A stretch of 59,125 bases of DNA, filler included, from Sphacelaria rigidula (Eukaryota), in NCBI GenBank assembly GCA_964200075.2. It is 10 parts of 10 records of this genome, joined end to end, with 100 filler letters (N's around TTAATTAATTAA, not from the genome) between each part and the next. Parts side by side here need not be neighbours in the genome. Positions count along the whole stretch, not along the records: positions 1 to 5,823 come from CAXNAA020024188.1; positions 5,924 to 11,746 come from CAXNAA020024189.1; positions 11,847 to 17,669 come from CAXNAA020024190.1; 7 more parts are not named here. The stretch is one strand, 5' to 3'. Shown here one piece after another: positions 1 to 12,458 of this stretch (within the stretch, counting starts at the first letter, position 1; every line of letters starts with the position of its first letter). The notes beneath the pieces were generated by a model. It did no database searches. It had not been told where the DNA came from and saw only the letters and a list, made by a program, of their open reading frames with translations. Position numbers and translations under genes: made by a program.

Positions 1-61
1 GTCCGCTCCTGCCTGTCTTTTCTTGGCGTTTGGTTTGTGTTTTCTGCCCGCCGCCGCCGGG

Positions 62-106
<45 letters not shown>

Positions 107-362
107 ACCGTAGAGAGTGTCTATTGTACCCTCAGTGCGATGGTCTCGGTGAGTAAAAACGTCACGGGCCAGACGAATAAAATCGTGATACGATTCATAT
201 CCGACATTACTACGAATCAATGGTACGATTCGTACACGAGCTGTGATTCGCACATGTTTTGGGTTCGTGATTCGCGCGATACTACTCGGAGTGTATACAT
301 GCCCAGTTCGTGGTTCGTGCGGTGCATCATCGAATGTTCACGTTCCTACTCCATTCGCATGA

Positions 363-1756
363 TATGAACCATAGGTACATGTGTCCCACCGTCGATTCGC
401 ATGGTATGAATCATATGTGCATGTTTCCCAATTCCCATTCATGCAGCATGAATCATAGCCCACGTGTCCCACCTTCCATTCATACGTCATGAATCACAGG
501 TACACGTTTCTCCCTCCCCATTCATGCGGCTTGAAAAATACATACATGTCTCACACCTTCCACTTATCCGAGATGGATCAAGTCTCCACGTGTCCTATTT
601 CCTATTTTGCGCGGCATGACTCATGCGTACATGTTCCCCACCTTCTATTCATATGACATGACTAATCACAACATGCTATTTCACAGTCACCAATCACCAG
701 TCGTTTCATCGGGCTCGACGCCTTGTGGCGCGATGGTTTTGCAGGTGGGGTGGGCAAATAAGAGCGTACCGGTCGTGAACCTTATGGGAGCCAAATCCCT
801 ATAAGCCTAATTTCAGACACTGTACTCAGACGTGGCACATCAAGCATAGTACTACACACGAGTCTGCGGACCCAGAGCGGTTTTTCTTGTCGTATATTCC
901 CCGAGCTACGTTATTAACAACCTTTGTGGTTCCATTTGTGGCTGCGTGTTGTGTTCGGTGGTATGGTTCACTTGAATATACTGTGTACAACACCACGAAC
1001 ACCTGTGAAGTAGACAGCACAAAAACGACTCGTCCCTGCATGTCCGCGGGAGTTTTCGGTAAACTCCGCCAGCGTGCACTGCGGTTCGCGGACAGTGTCG
1101 GTACCACAGCCTGGCACAGCGGGCATCTGCGCGCCTGCAGCGATTCTTCTAGCTTTCCATTTCCCCGAGATGAGCTGTTGAGGGCCTTTCTGCGGTTTCA
1201 TGCTTTGTTCTTCGATGCAGTTGACCTGAAAATATAGAACAAAAAAGACAGCTTCAGACAGCACCAGTACTGCAACAGTCCCCCCGCACGTTCGCGTGAG
1301 TATTCGGAAATACTCCGGCAGCGCCCGCCTACTGCAGTGAGCGGACAGTTGCAGTACAGCACGGCACAGCACAGCACAGTACAGTACAGCACAGCACAGA
1401 TTTGTACTGTGTAATCTGTACAGCGGACAAAAGACAACGGCAGCACAAAAGTTTCCGTTCATACGGCACGAATCATATAGGTACATCGTGTATGTGTCTC
1501 CTCGGTTTATGGAGCATTCAAGGGTCAGACTACATGTTCCTCACGTTTCCTCATACGAGGTGATTCAAGCGTACATTTCCCCCCACTCCCATTCGTGTAG
1601 ATTAATCATACGTGCACGTTCTTCGCCTTCCATCCATGCGAGGTGAATCAAGCACACATATTTCCCAAGGTCTGTTCATGCAGCATAAATCATACGTACA
1701 TGTTTCCCACCCTCCATTCATACGAGATGAATCAAGTGCACATATTTCCCACCAAT
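363..1756 (+). repeat. Degenerate ~42-bp minisatellite (ATGAATCAT..GTACATGTTTCCCACC.TCCATTCAT), interrupted by ~800 bp of unrelated sequence (~670-1465)
   Basis: Units start at about 363, 405, 447, 489, 531, 573 and 616, and resume at about 1468-1756. Flanks are rich in the inverse motif TGATTCG. Confidence 0.75.
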
Positions 1757-3088
1757 GATTCACGCAGCAGTCATGATTCGTACATATTACGCACTCATGA
1801 TTCGTGTGACACTACTTGAAGTGTATACGTATTCCGTTCTTGATTCGTGCGGAATGACCCTCCGCGATTCATACCGGATGACTCTTTGGTACATGATTCG
1901 CGTTGACATTCATAGAGAGTCAACCCGTATGAAATCTACACCGTCCGAACCGTGGAGAACATTCTGTACTTTTTGTAGTTGCAGTCAAGAATCACTTCCA
2001 AACGACGAAAATAAATGGCCATCCCGTCATTCTCTTCACGCTCTCGTCTTCAGCTGCTACAAGAAACAGGCTCTGTCGCGGGTAGTCGAACAGTCCCCCC
2101 TCTCAGCGTTCTCAGACCAAACACTGAAGTCCGATCGTCACTCTGTGTCATTTTTAGTTTTGCCAGTGATCATGATGTTCTTGGTTCAATAGATGAATCC
2201 ATTGGGGCAGTGAGACAGTTGATGAATCATCTGGCCGGCCGGTTAGGTCATCCTTTCAACCGGCATCATTTTTTCTGTGAAACTGACTGCATGAACCGGA
2301 CCACCGACAGTGGCGATTGTACGGGCGACAACTCAGGGGACAGACCAATTTCGCTGGTTCGGGATCACCACATCTACGATTTCTGAAGCCTGAGTGCTCG
2401 AAAAAGAGGCAACAATTGACCACGGGTCAAACACATCTCTGCGCAAATTTCGCGCTACAACATGTGCTTTGTGCGCGCGTATCCAGGGGGAAACGCTGAG
2501 AGCAATATCCAAGGATCGATTCGTACGGTACGAATGAAATATACTTGAAAGCAAGACACTTTCAGACAAATCATTATTCGTTCGACCCTTTTGTCTATAT
2601 ATACAAGCCGCACGGGACCCGGGGCTGCGCCCCGGTCCCGTCCGTCTTTTTCGAGGGTCTCGGTATTCTTGCCTTGCCAAGCACTCGTGAGAATAGATCC
2701 TCTCTCGAAATGTTCACGCCGGAAACATTGCAGGACCACCGCGATCGCGCGTCCGTTCGAACGGTCGCGAACGCATGTGTACCCCCGCAAAAAGTGTGGC
2801 ACGAATCCGCTAACTAGCATTGGCTGGCCCGAACAGTCATCTCCCGGGGCGGGTGCGGAGGAACTTGCACACTAGAATCAGCATTACATCTCGTGAACGC
2901 CTCCTTACAAAGTATGCTGTACGCTCGTGAGTTCGAAATATTAAATATATATATATATATACGATATAGATATAACTCTCTGTTAGCGTCATATTGATCT
3001 ATCTATTTATCTATATATCTACATATTCGTTTGGCTTCTGTTTTTTTCTGTTTTGTTCCTGCCTTGTTTTTGTTTTTTTGTTTCACAG

Positions 3089-3184
3089 GCCCAACACCAG
3101 CGATGGGTATGGGACGCTGTTTTCTCAGCCGATTCGTCCTACATCATCACAGCCTCTTCAGACGAGAGCGCTAAACTGTGGGAC
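3089..3184 (+). CDS. LST8: TOR complex subunit LST8 (WD40), penultimate exon
   Basis: cag|[32 protein letters not shown]|gtaagt matches the LST8 motif HQRWVWD..FSADS.Y..TASSD; phase 0/0. Confidence 0.92.
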
Positions 3185-4433
3185 GTAAGTTTTCACTTCC
3201 CTACTTCGCATGCTGAAACGTACCCTTGGTGCATCGGATATCCTCACGCCGCATGCCTTGACAATCGTGGAGATGGTTTCGACAACCCCACTGGCGTATC
3301 ACGACCCTCTCAGTAGTTGAAATTCCGATAGCCTCTTCCTGATCGCTTGCTCAGCACCGCGTTTCTCTCGGGCGATACGTGCGTGAAGAAAGAAAAACGA
3401 CGGGTTTTCAAATTGTTGCAGAGTACAACAGCGTGTGTGCTTGCCCATCCCCAAGAGCAACGGGGTCCAGGTTTGCATATTCTTAACACTCGTCACCACT
3501 CCTCTGTGCCGTTACACGGCTACTGTAACAATAGTAGCCCCTCATTCAGGAAGGGCGTATTCACCACTTGTTCGATGAAGACATTTCTCGTAAGCATATT
3601 ATTTCAAACGAATGCTGACGCCAACCCCAACCCCAACCCAAGGCATACCGAGAACTCTCGCGCGAGGGGGGTACGAAGCGTTCCCCAGGCAAAGTGTGGC
3701 GTTGCCAGACCTCGAACCTTCGCCGTAGGCGCCGATTTCGACGAAAACACGTTCTGCGCACGCCATTAGTAGCAGTTGGAGCTGTCAGCCTCACTAAAGA
3801 TCCGAATATCGGCGTTCATACTTGGATCAAGTAATAATATTCCGGGAAGGTTCCTATGGAAGAAGTGGTGGAACAAACACTACGGCCATACTATGGCCGT
3901 CCGGGGGAGTCGAAAGTGTTCGAAACATGTCGCTACTCGTATGGGCTTTGAGTTGCTTACTAGGGTTTAGTGCGTGCTCGCCGTGTGTTGCGGTGCGGTT
4001 GTATCATCTACCGTGAGGAGAAAAAATACTGCACAGAAGTGTGGATCCTGTGCGCTCTCTATTATAGCGTGACTTTGGTTGGGTCAACGTTCAAGAAATT
4101 GGGCCACCCCTCGATTTTGATACTTTTTTGTTTTTGTTTTTCCTTCTCTCTTTTCATGATTAAAAGTGTGGGAATGTCACCACTTTATTTTCATTGAGCA
4201 GTGTTGCCTATTTTGCGTATTTTTTATTTTGTCATACCTCGGGTACAACACGTCTGTTATAACGGCCATACGGACGCATGAACTCGTAGCGAAACAGTAA
4301 ATTGGCAGCAATAATAGCATCCTTCTCAAATCGGAACCGAAAAAAATAATAATGACCCCGCTCTTGGCCTCGGAACCGCCCACCCGCCCCCGTGCGATCG
4401 TCGTGTGGCTCTTTTTCTCTTCTTGTCTTGCAG

Positions 4434-4532
4434 CTTCGGAATGGGCACGTGGTTCGGAGCTACATCAAGCACGACAACGCGGTCACGTGCGTGGCTCTCA
4501 ACGACACCACCCCCTCGACCGCGGCCAGCTGA
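4434..4532 (+). CDS. LST8: LST8 terminal exon
   Basis: Polypyrimidine tract and cag|LRNGHVVRSYIKHDNAVTCVALNDTTPSTAAS*. The C-terminal CVALND motif is typical of LST8 and is in phase with the previous exon. Confidence 0.9.
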   Translation, partial: LRNGHVVRSYIKHDNAVTCVALNDTTPSTAAS

Positions 4533-5764
4533 TGACCGCTGATGGCTGCTGATTTGATGTAGCGGATGATGGCACATGACCAAATCGTGCAAACACGTCA
4601 CATCCCTGTACCGGTAGCATATCGAAGTATTTAAAGTTTCCGGTGTGAAGATTTATGATATGATCAAGGTTGCTGTAAGTCGTACAGCGTTCACTCCTGC
4701 ACACACTACCCCCCCTCCCCTGTCTCCTCCCTCTCCCCCCGTATGCCCCCCGCGTTTTGACCGACGGTTCGGTCGGCGGGAGTATAGCCACGTCGGAGGC
4801 GTATGCAGAACAGTGTAGTACGCCGGCGTTGTCTTCAGTGCGAAGTAGATGATTACTTATTTTGTGACGCGGCACTGAATGATGATCGGCAGGATGCACG
4901 AATTCGCGTCAATCCTGGAATATGACCTAGTCACGGAGTACAACGCAGTGGGATGCGCCAACACCGAGGGGATGTCAGCGTCAAAGTCGAGTGTGGAGAG
5001 GGTTGGTGACTTTGGCACCAGGTGTTATACCGCCCCCCCTCACCATGAGATGGGCGTGTGTTTTGTTAGCTGTGATCTCCCAGTCGTCATGTGTATCGAT
5101 TGAAAAAAAACAGCGTTATGTTGTTCTGTGGTGTTTTACATGTTGCAAAACTTGGGGGTGCAGCACACAGCATCCCCTTTTTTTACTGTTTTTTTCGTTT
5201 CTCTCCCTCCGCTCCCTCCACCTCCTTCTCTGAGCCGGAGTGGTGAGTGCTTTTGATCCACTCTCGCAGAGTTCACGGGCGAGAGTGTTTGTACAACAAC
5301 TGTGGTTCCCAGATAGCCGAGACGTACCCTACTTCCACGGCATTACTTTTTGGACGGAACTTCTCGCCTGTAGTGCTCTGGCAAAGGCCCGTCCAAGTTC
5401 GTTTTTGGGAAACAAATGTAATGTCTGTCTACCCATATCTAGTTCTTTCGAAGGCTCTCTGTCTTTCGTGTAAGGCTAGTAGGAATGCCGGTCGAGACAT
5501 TTTCGAACGAAATCTCCGGTCAAGAGAGGAGGGACCAGGGGGCATCCGGACACACGGAAGTACAGCGTTCTTCGAATATGTTGTCAATTGTATGTCTTTG
5601 TTTTTGCATCGAATCTAGTGACATGTGGTATGTTGGTCGTAGGATGGGATATTTTTTCCTTGATATATACATATAGATGTATACTTTATCTGGTATTGTT
5701 AATTGTTGGATGTTGATTTATTGGTGATGAAACGTATACCTTTGGATTTTGGATTCGCGGGACG

Positions 5765-5823
<59 letters not shown>

Positions 5824-5923
5824 NNNNNNNNNNNNNNNNNNNNNNNNNNNNNNNNNNNNNNNNNNNNTTAATTAATTAANNNNNNNNNNNNNNNNNNNNN
5901 NNNNNNNNNNNNNNNNNNNNNNN
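5824..5923. other. Artificial contig linker (44N + TTAATTAATTAA + 44N); also at 11747-11846, 17670-17769, 23593-23692, 29516-29615, 35438-35537, 41360-41459, 47282-47381, 53204-53303
   Basis: Identical 100-bp spacer with stops in all six frames. The intervening pieces are 5823 bp (x5) then 5822 bp (x5). Confidence 0.97.
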
Positions 5924-6810
5924 CAAAAACGTCATTGGGCACCATTGCTGAAAGTGTGAGGAAAGCACTGTTTTAGGCTCGAACCTCATCTCGGAGTTAA
6001 ATCTCACTTCGCACAGTTTGTTGTTGATTGCTAACTGATAAATGATACTCCACAATATCACGATCGAGACTCTGATGTCCGCCTGTATTTCTGCATTCCA
6101 ATACCGTCAAAGGTAACCTAGCTATGCGATCAACATGAATTTTATTCGGTGCCAATCCCGTAGCGGCACTGACTAGATTGTTGTAGTTCATTTGGACAAG
6201 GGGCAGATGCAGGTCCCTGTCCATCTGTCTTTCATTCGCCACAGCAGCAAGCATCTGTGCCATCGTATGGTTCACTCGTTCCGTTCCAACATTTTTGGAA
6301 GGGTGATACGAACTAGTAAAAGTGCGATGGGCACCCAAAAGGTCACTGACTGCGGCCGAAAGTTTGCCTGAAAAATGCGGGCCGTTGTCAGACAGTAATC
6401 GTTTGGGCACATCCCACTATGGGATGTACATGTATACAAGAATGTTGGTGGTACCTTCCGTGTAATAGCTACTAGCAGGGACAGCGTGCATCACTGCATG
6501 CCGGCTAAATCTATGTGTAAACGACAAAATATACTTATTACCACTATCCGTCGGGAGCAAAGATCCAAAATAGCCCCACGAAACTACTTCACCAGGCCCG
6601 TTTGGGAGTGGCATGGAAACAATCGGCCAACGAACTGTTTGACGTGAAGTCTTGCGCGCTTGACACAAGAGACAACACCGAACCAGCCAACGACAACACT
6701 GATTCATACAAATCCACCAACGAAAACGTTCCAACAGCTGGGAGGTCCTGATGGCGCCCAAATGAGTCGATGCCTGTGAATGCCATTCGTGTAGAACCCA
6801 TGGGCTGTGA
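5924..6810 (-). mobile_element. Degenerate Ty3/gypsy integrase fragment
   Basis: HHCC zinc finger (H..ASTHLG...CLLCQ) and core motifs (LLSDNGPHF, SSYHP, GTERVNHT), with stops and frameshifts. Confidence 0.88.
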
Positions 6811-6923
6811 CAAAACCACGCCTTCACGTTGAGTATATGGTGATGATCGGATGATGGCTTGAGATTTTTAGTGATGACATGGATCATGACATGGACACAG
6901 GGTTGTTACCCTGATGTGGTTTA

Positions 6924-6940
6924 TGGAGCCGGCTGACAGG
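6924..6940 (+). promoter_or_regulatory. Putative primer-binding site (tRNA-Thr-like) of the downstream gypsy element
   Basis: TGGAGCCGGCTGACAGG; its reverse complement CCTGTCAGCCGGCTCCA reads as a tRNA 3' end with U discriminator + CCA. It lies upstream of gag. Confidence 0.5.
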
Positions 6941-8333
6941 CACTCCGGGAATGATAAGGGTGTTGTGAAGGCTGACAACTGAGACCTTGAGGCCAGTGGA
7001 ACTGGGGAGTCCCTCAACAGCATTTGGACGCTGCAGTACTAGCAACCTGCTGGCGTCTCAATACCGATATTAGTGCTAGTCGTGCTAGTCGTGCTAGTCG
7101 TGCTAGTCGTGCTAGTTATGCTATCGTTAGGAGACTGCTCGAAAGTTTTCAGCAGGGAGGAGTCTGGACAGCTTGTGAAAGCTTAGGGCATATAGCTTCA
7201 CGGACGTGTGAGGAGGTTTCAAGCTGAGGTAGCTGCAAAGGCGGCTGGCCCGTGATTGATCCAGACTGGAGACTCGCTGGAGCTGCGCGCAGTGGGTGTT
7301 TATAGGACCCCAGGGCTGTGTGGAGCGGCGAAGAAGGCAGGTGTGAATAGTGAGTTCGAGAAGGTTCAGAAACCTTCGATTGTCCGCTCGAGAGTGTCGA
7401 CTATCGAGGTACCGGCGATAGAGCCAGTGGAGACGACTGTAACCCGGTCGTTCTAAGGGAAGAGTTGCGGCCGCCCAGTTACGGGAATATGTATTACGAG
7501 GATGCTTCTCGTTCGTTCTACACGAAATACGTGGAATACAAGAAGAGAGTGGAACATGCGAATGCGGAGGGTGCGGTAAGGCATTAGGTGGTTTCCATGG
7601 CGCAACTCGTGCCTATCCCCCTCCAACGCGTCTTTGCGAGAAGATTCCATGAAAAACATACCATAACGACGCTGCAATTGGCCGCGGCGATAAAGAAGCA
7701 TGCAGGGCATGCGGCGGGAGCGGAGGTAGAGCTAACACAGGCGTCCGCGACCGTGGCGAGGGCTGTCGCAATGAAACACAAGGGGAGGACCATGGGTGAG
7801 GAGGTGGAGCCCATGATGGGTAAGTTGGAGACATACTTCCAGGAAAATCCCAACATAGAGATGGTTTATCGTTCCTCCGATAGGAAATTCCGCCCAGGGC
7901 CTGCTGCGGTGATCACGAAAGCGATGGTAGAGGGTCTGGCACCGGCGGAATTCAAGCAGGCCGTGCGGGTGCAGTTACAGCACGAAAAAAACTAGAAGTC
8001 AGACCCGTATTTAGTTATGGATACCGTGGTGGCTGAAGCTCAGGAATGGCGGCGGGTCGAAGTATTCGGAAAATCATCCACTTCGTCGCCGCAGTCTTCG
8101 AGCTCGCGTAACCGCGGATCAAAACCCGCAGTCAGTACCGCCGCCAATATTACTTGCTATCAGTGTGGCCACGTAGGTCACATCGCACGGAAGTGACCAA
8201 CGCCTTCTGAGGGGGAGTCTGGGCAGACGAATGCCGCGTGCCCTCGCAATCACAAAGGAGGGAAAAGGGAAAGTAATCGGGGTGGTGGCGGAGGCGGATC
8301 CTCCAGCGGTGGAGGTGTACAGTCGAGTTTCCA

Positions 8334-8383
<50 letters not shown>

Positions 8384-11300
8384 GGCAGCGGCGTCAGCAG
8401 GGGAGCCTGCCGGATTTCAGCTAAAATCAGGATCCGCCGCTACGTCGGCCGGAGTACCGCTGCAATTTGGTTCTGCGGGCGGGGCTTCGTACCCGCCGGC
8501 GGTGCCGGTGACCCCAGCGGGGGCGTCTATGCCTGCGCCGCGCGCGCAGCCGTGACACGCAGTGGGGATCACGACCAATCAGTCGGCTGAGCAAGTGCCG
8601 GTCGAGTATCAAGACAATTATATCCCTGCAGAGTTCTATCTCCCCGATCAACGGGCGCGGGGAGCCATATCGGTCAACGCGGTGTTGGATTCAGGCGCCC
8701 ACTTCACGAGCGTGTCGGTGTTGATTGTGGAGAGATGCTGGAGCGTCTACTCTCCGGTGAGCAAATCCGAATTCCGTTCTCGCTCGGGGCGCGGCAGGCC
8801 ATCACCGCATCAGGCCAACGTATAAAAATGTGACGGAGTGTACGATTCCCCTACAGTTGGCGTTCCGGACTACCTGGGGGCCGGCGAAAGTACCCCCGAT
8901 ATCGTTTGCGATCATGCCGGGGACGAATGGTGTCGTTCTGTTGGGCTTACCGACGCTTCGGGGACTCGAAATCGATCCGTATGATCGGCTGTTAGAGTCC
9001 CTAAAAACGCAAATGCCGTCGCCCGGTTCGAGTGTCGAGACGCCTGCTTTTTTGGCAAGTCGCAGAGTGAGCTTGTCGGTTGATGCTCTCCAGGAGGCGG
9101 GGGGGCAGGTGTCCGAGGAGCGTTATGAGGCGGAGGAATGCTTGGTGAAGCGTGGCCCCGATATATTTATGGAGTCGGCGAAAGAAGAGTCCGAGCGAAA
9201 GGCTGCGCTTGAGGAAAGCGTGACGGATTCTGTGGAAAATGGCTTCAACGTCTCGAAAGCGGAGTGCTTGTGTGGCATATTGTATCGCCACGTGAACGCG
9301 TCTCGTCGTGCGCTGAGGGGTGATCCCCCTGCGCCCGTGGAACCCATGAGGGTTACACTGAAGCCAGGGGTGGCCGCGGTGAAGGCAAAACCGAGGAGGT
9401 ATGACCCGGTAAAGTCCACTTGGTTGGCGTCTTGCATGGGAGCTCTTGTGGCGTTTGGGTTGGCGTTCAGGAATCTACAGGCGGTGTGGTCCAGTCCAGC
9501 GATGACGGTGCCGAAGGACTCTTTCCGTCTTGTCAGCGATTACGGAGCCGTCAATGATCAGGTGGAGAAGCCGCCGGGTGTCATGCCCAATCAGGAATCC
9601 GACATGATAGACCTGTTGAGTTCGCGATGTTTCGGTAAGTTGGACCTCCTACAGGGGTACTGGTAGATGCCGTTGGCCGAAGAGGCGCAAGAGATATTCA
9701 CAATCACGACTCAGTTTGGCATGTTTACCCCGCAACGAGTACCGCAAGGCTTGTTGAATGCTACTTCCTTCTTTCAAGGAGTCATGGTAGACCTTTTAGA
9801 TGGCTGATATGCAAGATTTGGGTGGATAATGTATTTTTTTTCGCGGATACAGAAGGCGAACTGTTGGATACGCTTGATGCAATCTTGGCTCGCTTAGAGA
9901 GTGTTGGTCTGTTTGCAGCTGCCCACAAATGTACCTTTTTTGCTAGTGAACTAGTGTGGTGTGGAAGAGTATACTCACACGGCCGCGTCTCGCATGACCC
10001 GGTCTGCTTGCAAGGGTCGTCTGACATGCGGTGCCCAGAAACAGCAGTAGAACTAATGCAATTCCTGCATGCAATGAACTGGTTGCGTACCTCGTTGCCA
10101 CTTATGGCCGAAGTAGTGGCGCCCTTACGCGTTTTCCTAGAATAATTAATGGGGGGGGGGCTGCAAGGCGCACGAAGCGGGTGGCCAAAAATCGCGTTAT
10201 TCCATCCGCCTCGAGGACGGAGGGCAGGCTGCAGGCATGGGCGGCAGCGAAGGATCTGGTGGCTCATGCCGTGACGCCATTCCATCCCCGTCCCGGCTGC
10301 CAGGTGCTGATGTTTCCGAATGCATCCGAGTGTCATTGGGGTAGTATTGTAACGCAGGTGCCTGATGCAGAAATGCAACAACGGTTGCCGGCTGAAGACA
10401 TGACGCATGAAGTGCTGGCTTTTCTGAGTGGTGTTTTCAAGGGTTCACAGATGCGTTGGGCAACCATTGACAAGGAAGGTTTTGCTGTCGTGGGCACTTT
10501 TCGTCGTCTGGAGCATCTATTGTGGAATGGCGTACACATTTTCACGGATCACCGAAATCTAGCGTACATTTTCAACCCGGAGGCATGCGTGACGTCTGCG
10601 TCAAATGCGTTGGCACAGCGATTGGAGAGGTGGAAAGGTGTATTAGGATAGTATCGGTACAAGATTTGTCATATTTCGGGTGAACGTAACTCGTGGGTCG
10701 CGCTGGGTAAATACTCCCACTTTGCCTGCGCGCGCCGTGGCTGTGTATGGTCCATGCGAACCTGATGACTCGATGCCGTCCAAATCTGTCCCCCAAGCGC
10801 AACGAGAAGACCTTGGGACCGAAGATGCGGATATGCAATCTTTCGAGTCGGATGTTGGTACTGCTATCTTGGACAATGAAGGTCTGTTTCGTGTGCATGT
10901 GCGTGGCCGAAACGTTTTGTGGATTCCGAGTTCTGACAAGCAGTTGCAGGTACGTCTGATGATTTGCGCGCACATGCGCGACGCTGGGCATCGAGGTGTG
11001 GATGCGACGCTCGTGCGCTTGCAAGAGGTTTGTGTCTGGCAGGGGATAGAAACTAATGTGCGCGAGTTTGTCCGCCAGTGTCTCCACTGTGCTGACTCGA
11101 GGGCGGGAGATGTTGTTCCCCGCCCGCTCGGTGAAAGGGTCCATGGGATCACGACGAATAGAGTCGTTCATTTTGACTTCTTGCACGTGGCCGAGAGTGG
11201 CCCGCTAGCTTCCCAAGGTTTGTCGGAGGATGCTGGGTTCCGATACATTTTGGTAATCATGGATGATTTGAGCAACTTTATGGCTCTGGAACCAGTAGCA

Positions 11301-11746
11301 GTGTGTACTGCTGAATCGACTTCTGCGTCTTTGCTGAGCTGGTGCAAAACTTTGGGGGTGCCCGGTGTGTGGGTGAGTGATACCGCCACGCATTTCAAGA
11401 ATGCGATCTTGGCTCGGTTGCAAGAGGTTTTGCGCGTTGATCACCGGTTTGCGGTAGCGTATTCTCCGTGGTCTAATGGTACGTGCGAACGCATGGTAAA
11501 ATAAGTAGTTCGTGCTCTTCGTCCTATTCTTCTCGAGCAGCGTCGAGAGGCGACCGAGTGGGTGGATGTGTTGCCCGCTGTGCAATGGGCGCTAAATACA
11601 GCATATCGCCGTCGATACGATAGTACGCCGTATCACGTGATGTTTGGCCGTGCCCCTCGGACGTCTTTCTCGGTGCTGGCGTCCTCGTCGGCGGGGGAAT
11701 GGAAGTGTGATGTTCTGGACGATGTTCAAATTAAGAGTGCATTGAA
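6924..11746 (+). mobile_element. Degenerate Ty3/gypsy LTR retrotransposon internal region (gag-PR-RT-RH-IN), truncated by the contig end
   Basis: Zinc knuckle CYQCGHVGHIARK* (8155-8196), (CAG)15 at 8338-8382, protease AVLDSGA (~8680), RT (KLDLLQGYW, WVDN 9819-9830), RNase H (IFTDHRNL), integrase HHCC and VSDTATHF/NGTCER. The PR-RT-RH-IN order is gypsy-type. Many stops and frameshifts. Confidence 0.93.
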
Positions 11747-12357
11747 NNNNNNNNNNNNNNNNNNNNNNNNNNNNNNNNNNNNNNNNNNNNTTAATTAATT
11801 AANNNNNNNNNNNNNNNNNNNNNNNNNNNNNNNNNNNNNNNNNNNNAATACCGACTGTACCATCATGTACTACCACAAGGCATTATCATGTACTGTACTG
11901 ATGAAGTGTCCTACACTGTATTACCCTGGGGTATGAAGGTACGACACTGTACTCGAAGGATTGTTTGGTTGTTTACCGCCTGCCTGCTCTTCGGCTTCGT
12001 TCACGAGAACGAAGTACCACACTCATGCAAAACATGACCGTCTGTGTACAGAACCGTTGGACAAATCTGTGATACTGTACCGTCTGTGCCATAAAATGAT
12101 AACCCCGATTTTGAGTACACGAATTTGAGTCCCCCGGTTTCTTCAAAATCGGGGTCCAAAAAATCGGGATTCGTTTGCCATAAAAGTGGGTCTAAAAGTG
12201 GGTCATAAAAGACGGTTAAAAAAACATCCCCGGCGTGACACTGTGATCAAAACCTTGTCAAAACACTTGTTATTTTCGTCATATGAAAAACCGTTCCGAT
12301 ATCTGCGCAGTACTTCTCACTTCTTCTGTTGTACTGTACTGCACAGCATCTTATTAA

Positions 12358-12458
12358 CCCCCAGACTGCTAGGGTAGTCCATCTGGATCATGCACACTTT
12401 TTTCGAGAGAAATCGATGCCGATTCAACAGATGACCTACTCTTCTCGCCGTCTGAGGG
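12358..12458. mobile_element. 101-bp piggyBac-type MITE; related copies at 41531-41635 and 47382-47482
   Basis: TTAA|CCCCCAGACTGC ... GCCGTCTGAGGG|TTAA. The copies share the internal GTAGTCCATCTGGA and CAG.TGACCTA motifs. Confidence 0.75.

Noticed and set aside
64..105. Poly-G/poly-C, (CA)n, (CAG)n-driven Gly/Pro/Val-Cys ORFs here and elsewhere
   Set aside because: Simple-sequence artefacts of the ORF track.
363..670. 42-bp array as CRISPR
   Set aside because: Whole units are homologous and divergent, there is no repeat/spacer alternation, there are no cas genes, and the context is eukaryotic.
5868..5879. Regularly spaced TTAATTAATTAA as a biological repeat
   Set aside because: It is an assembly linker embedded in Ns.
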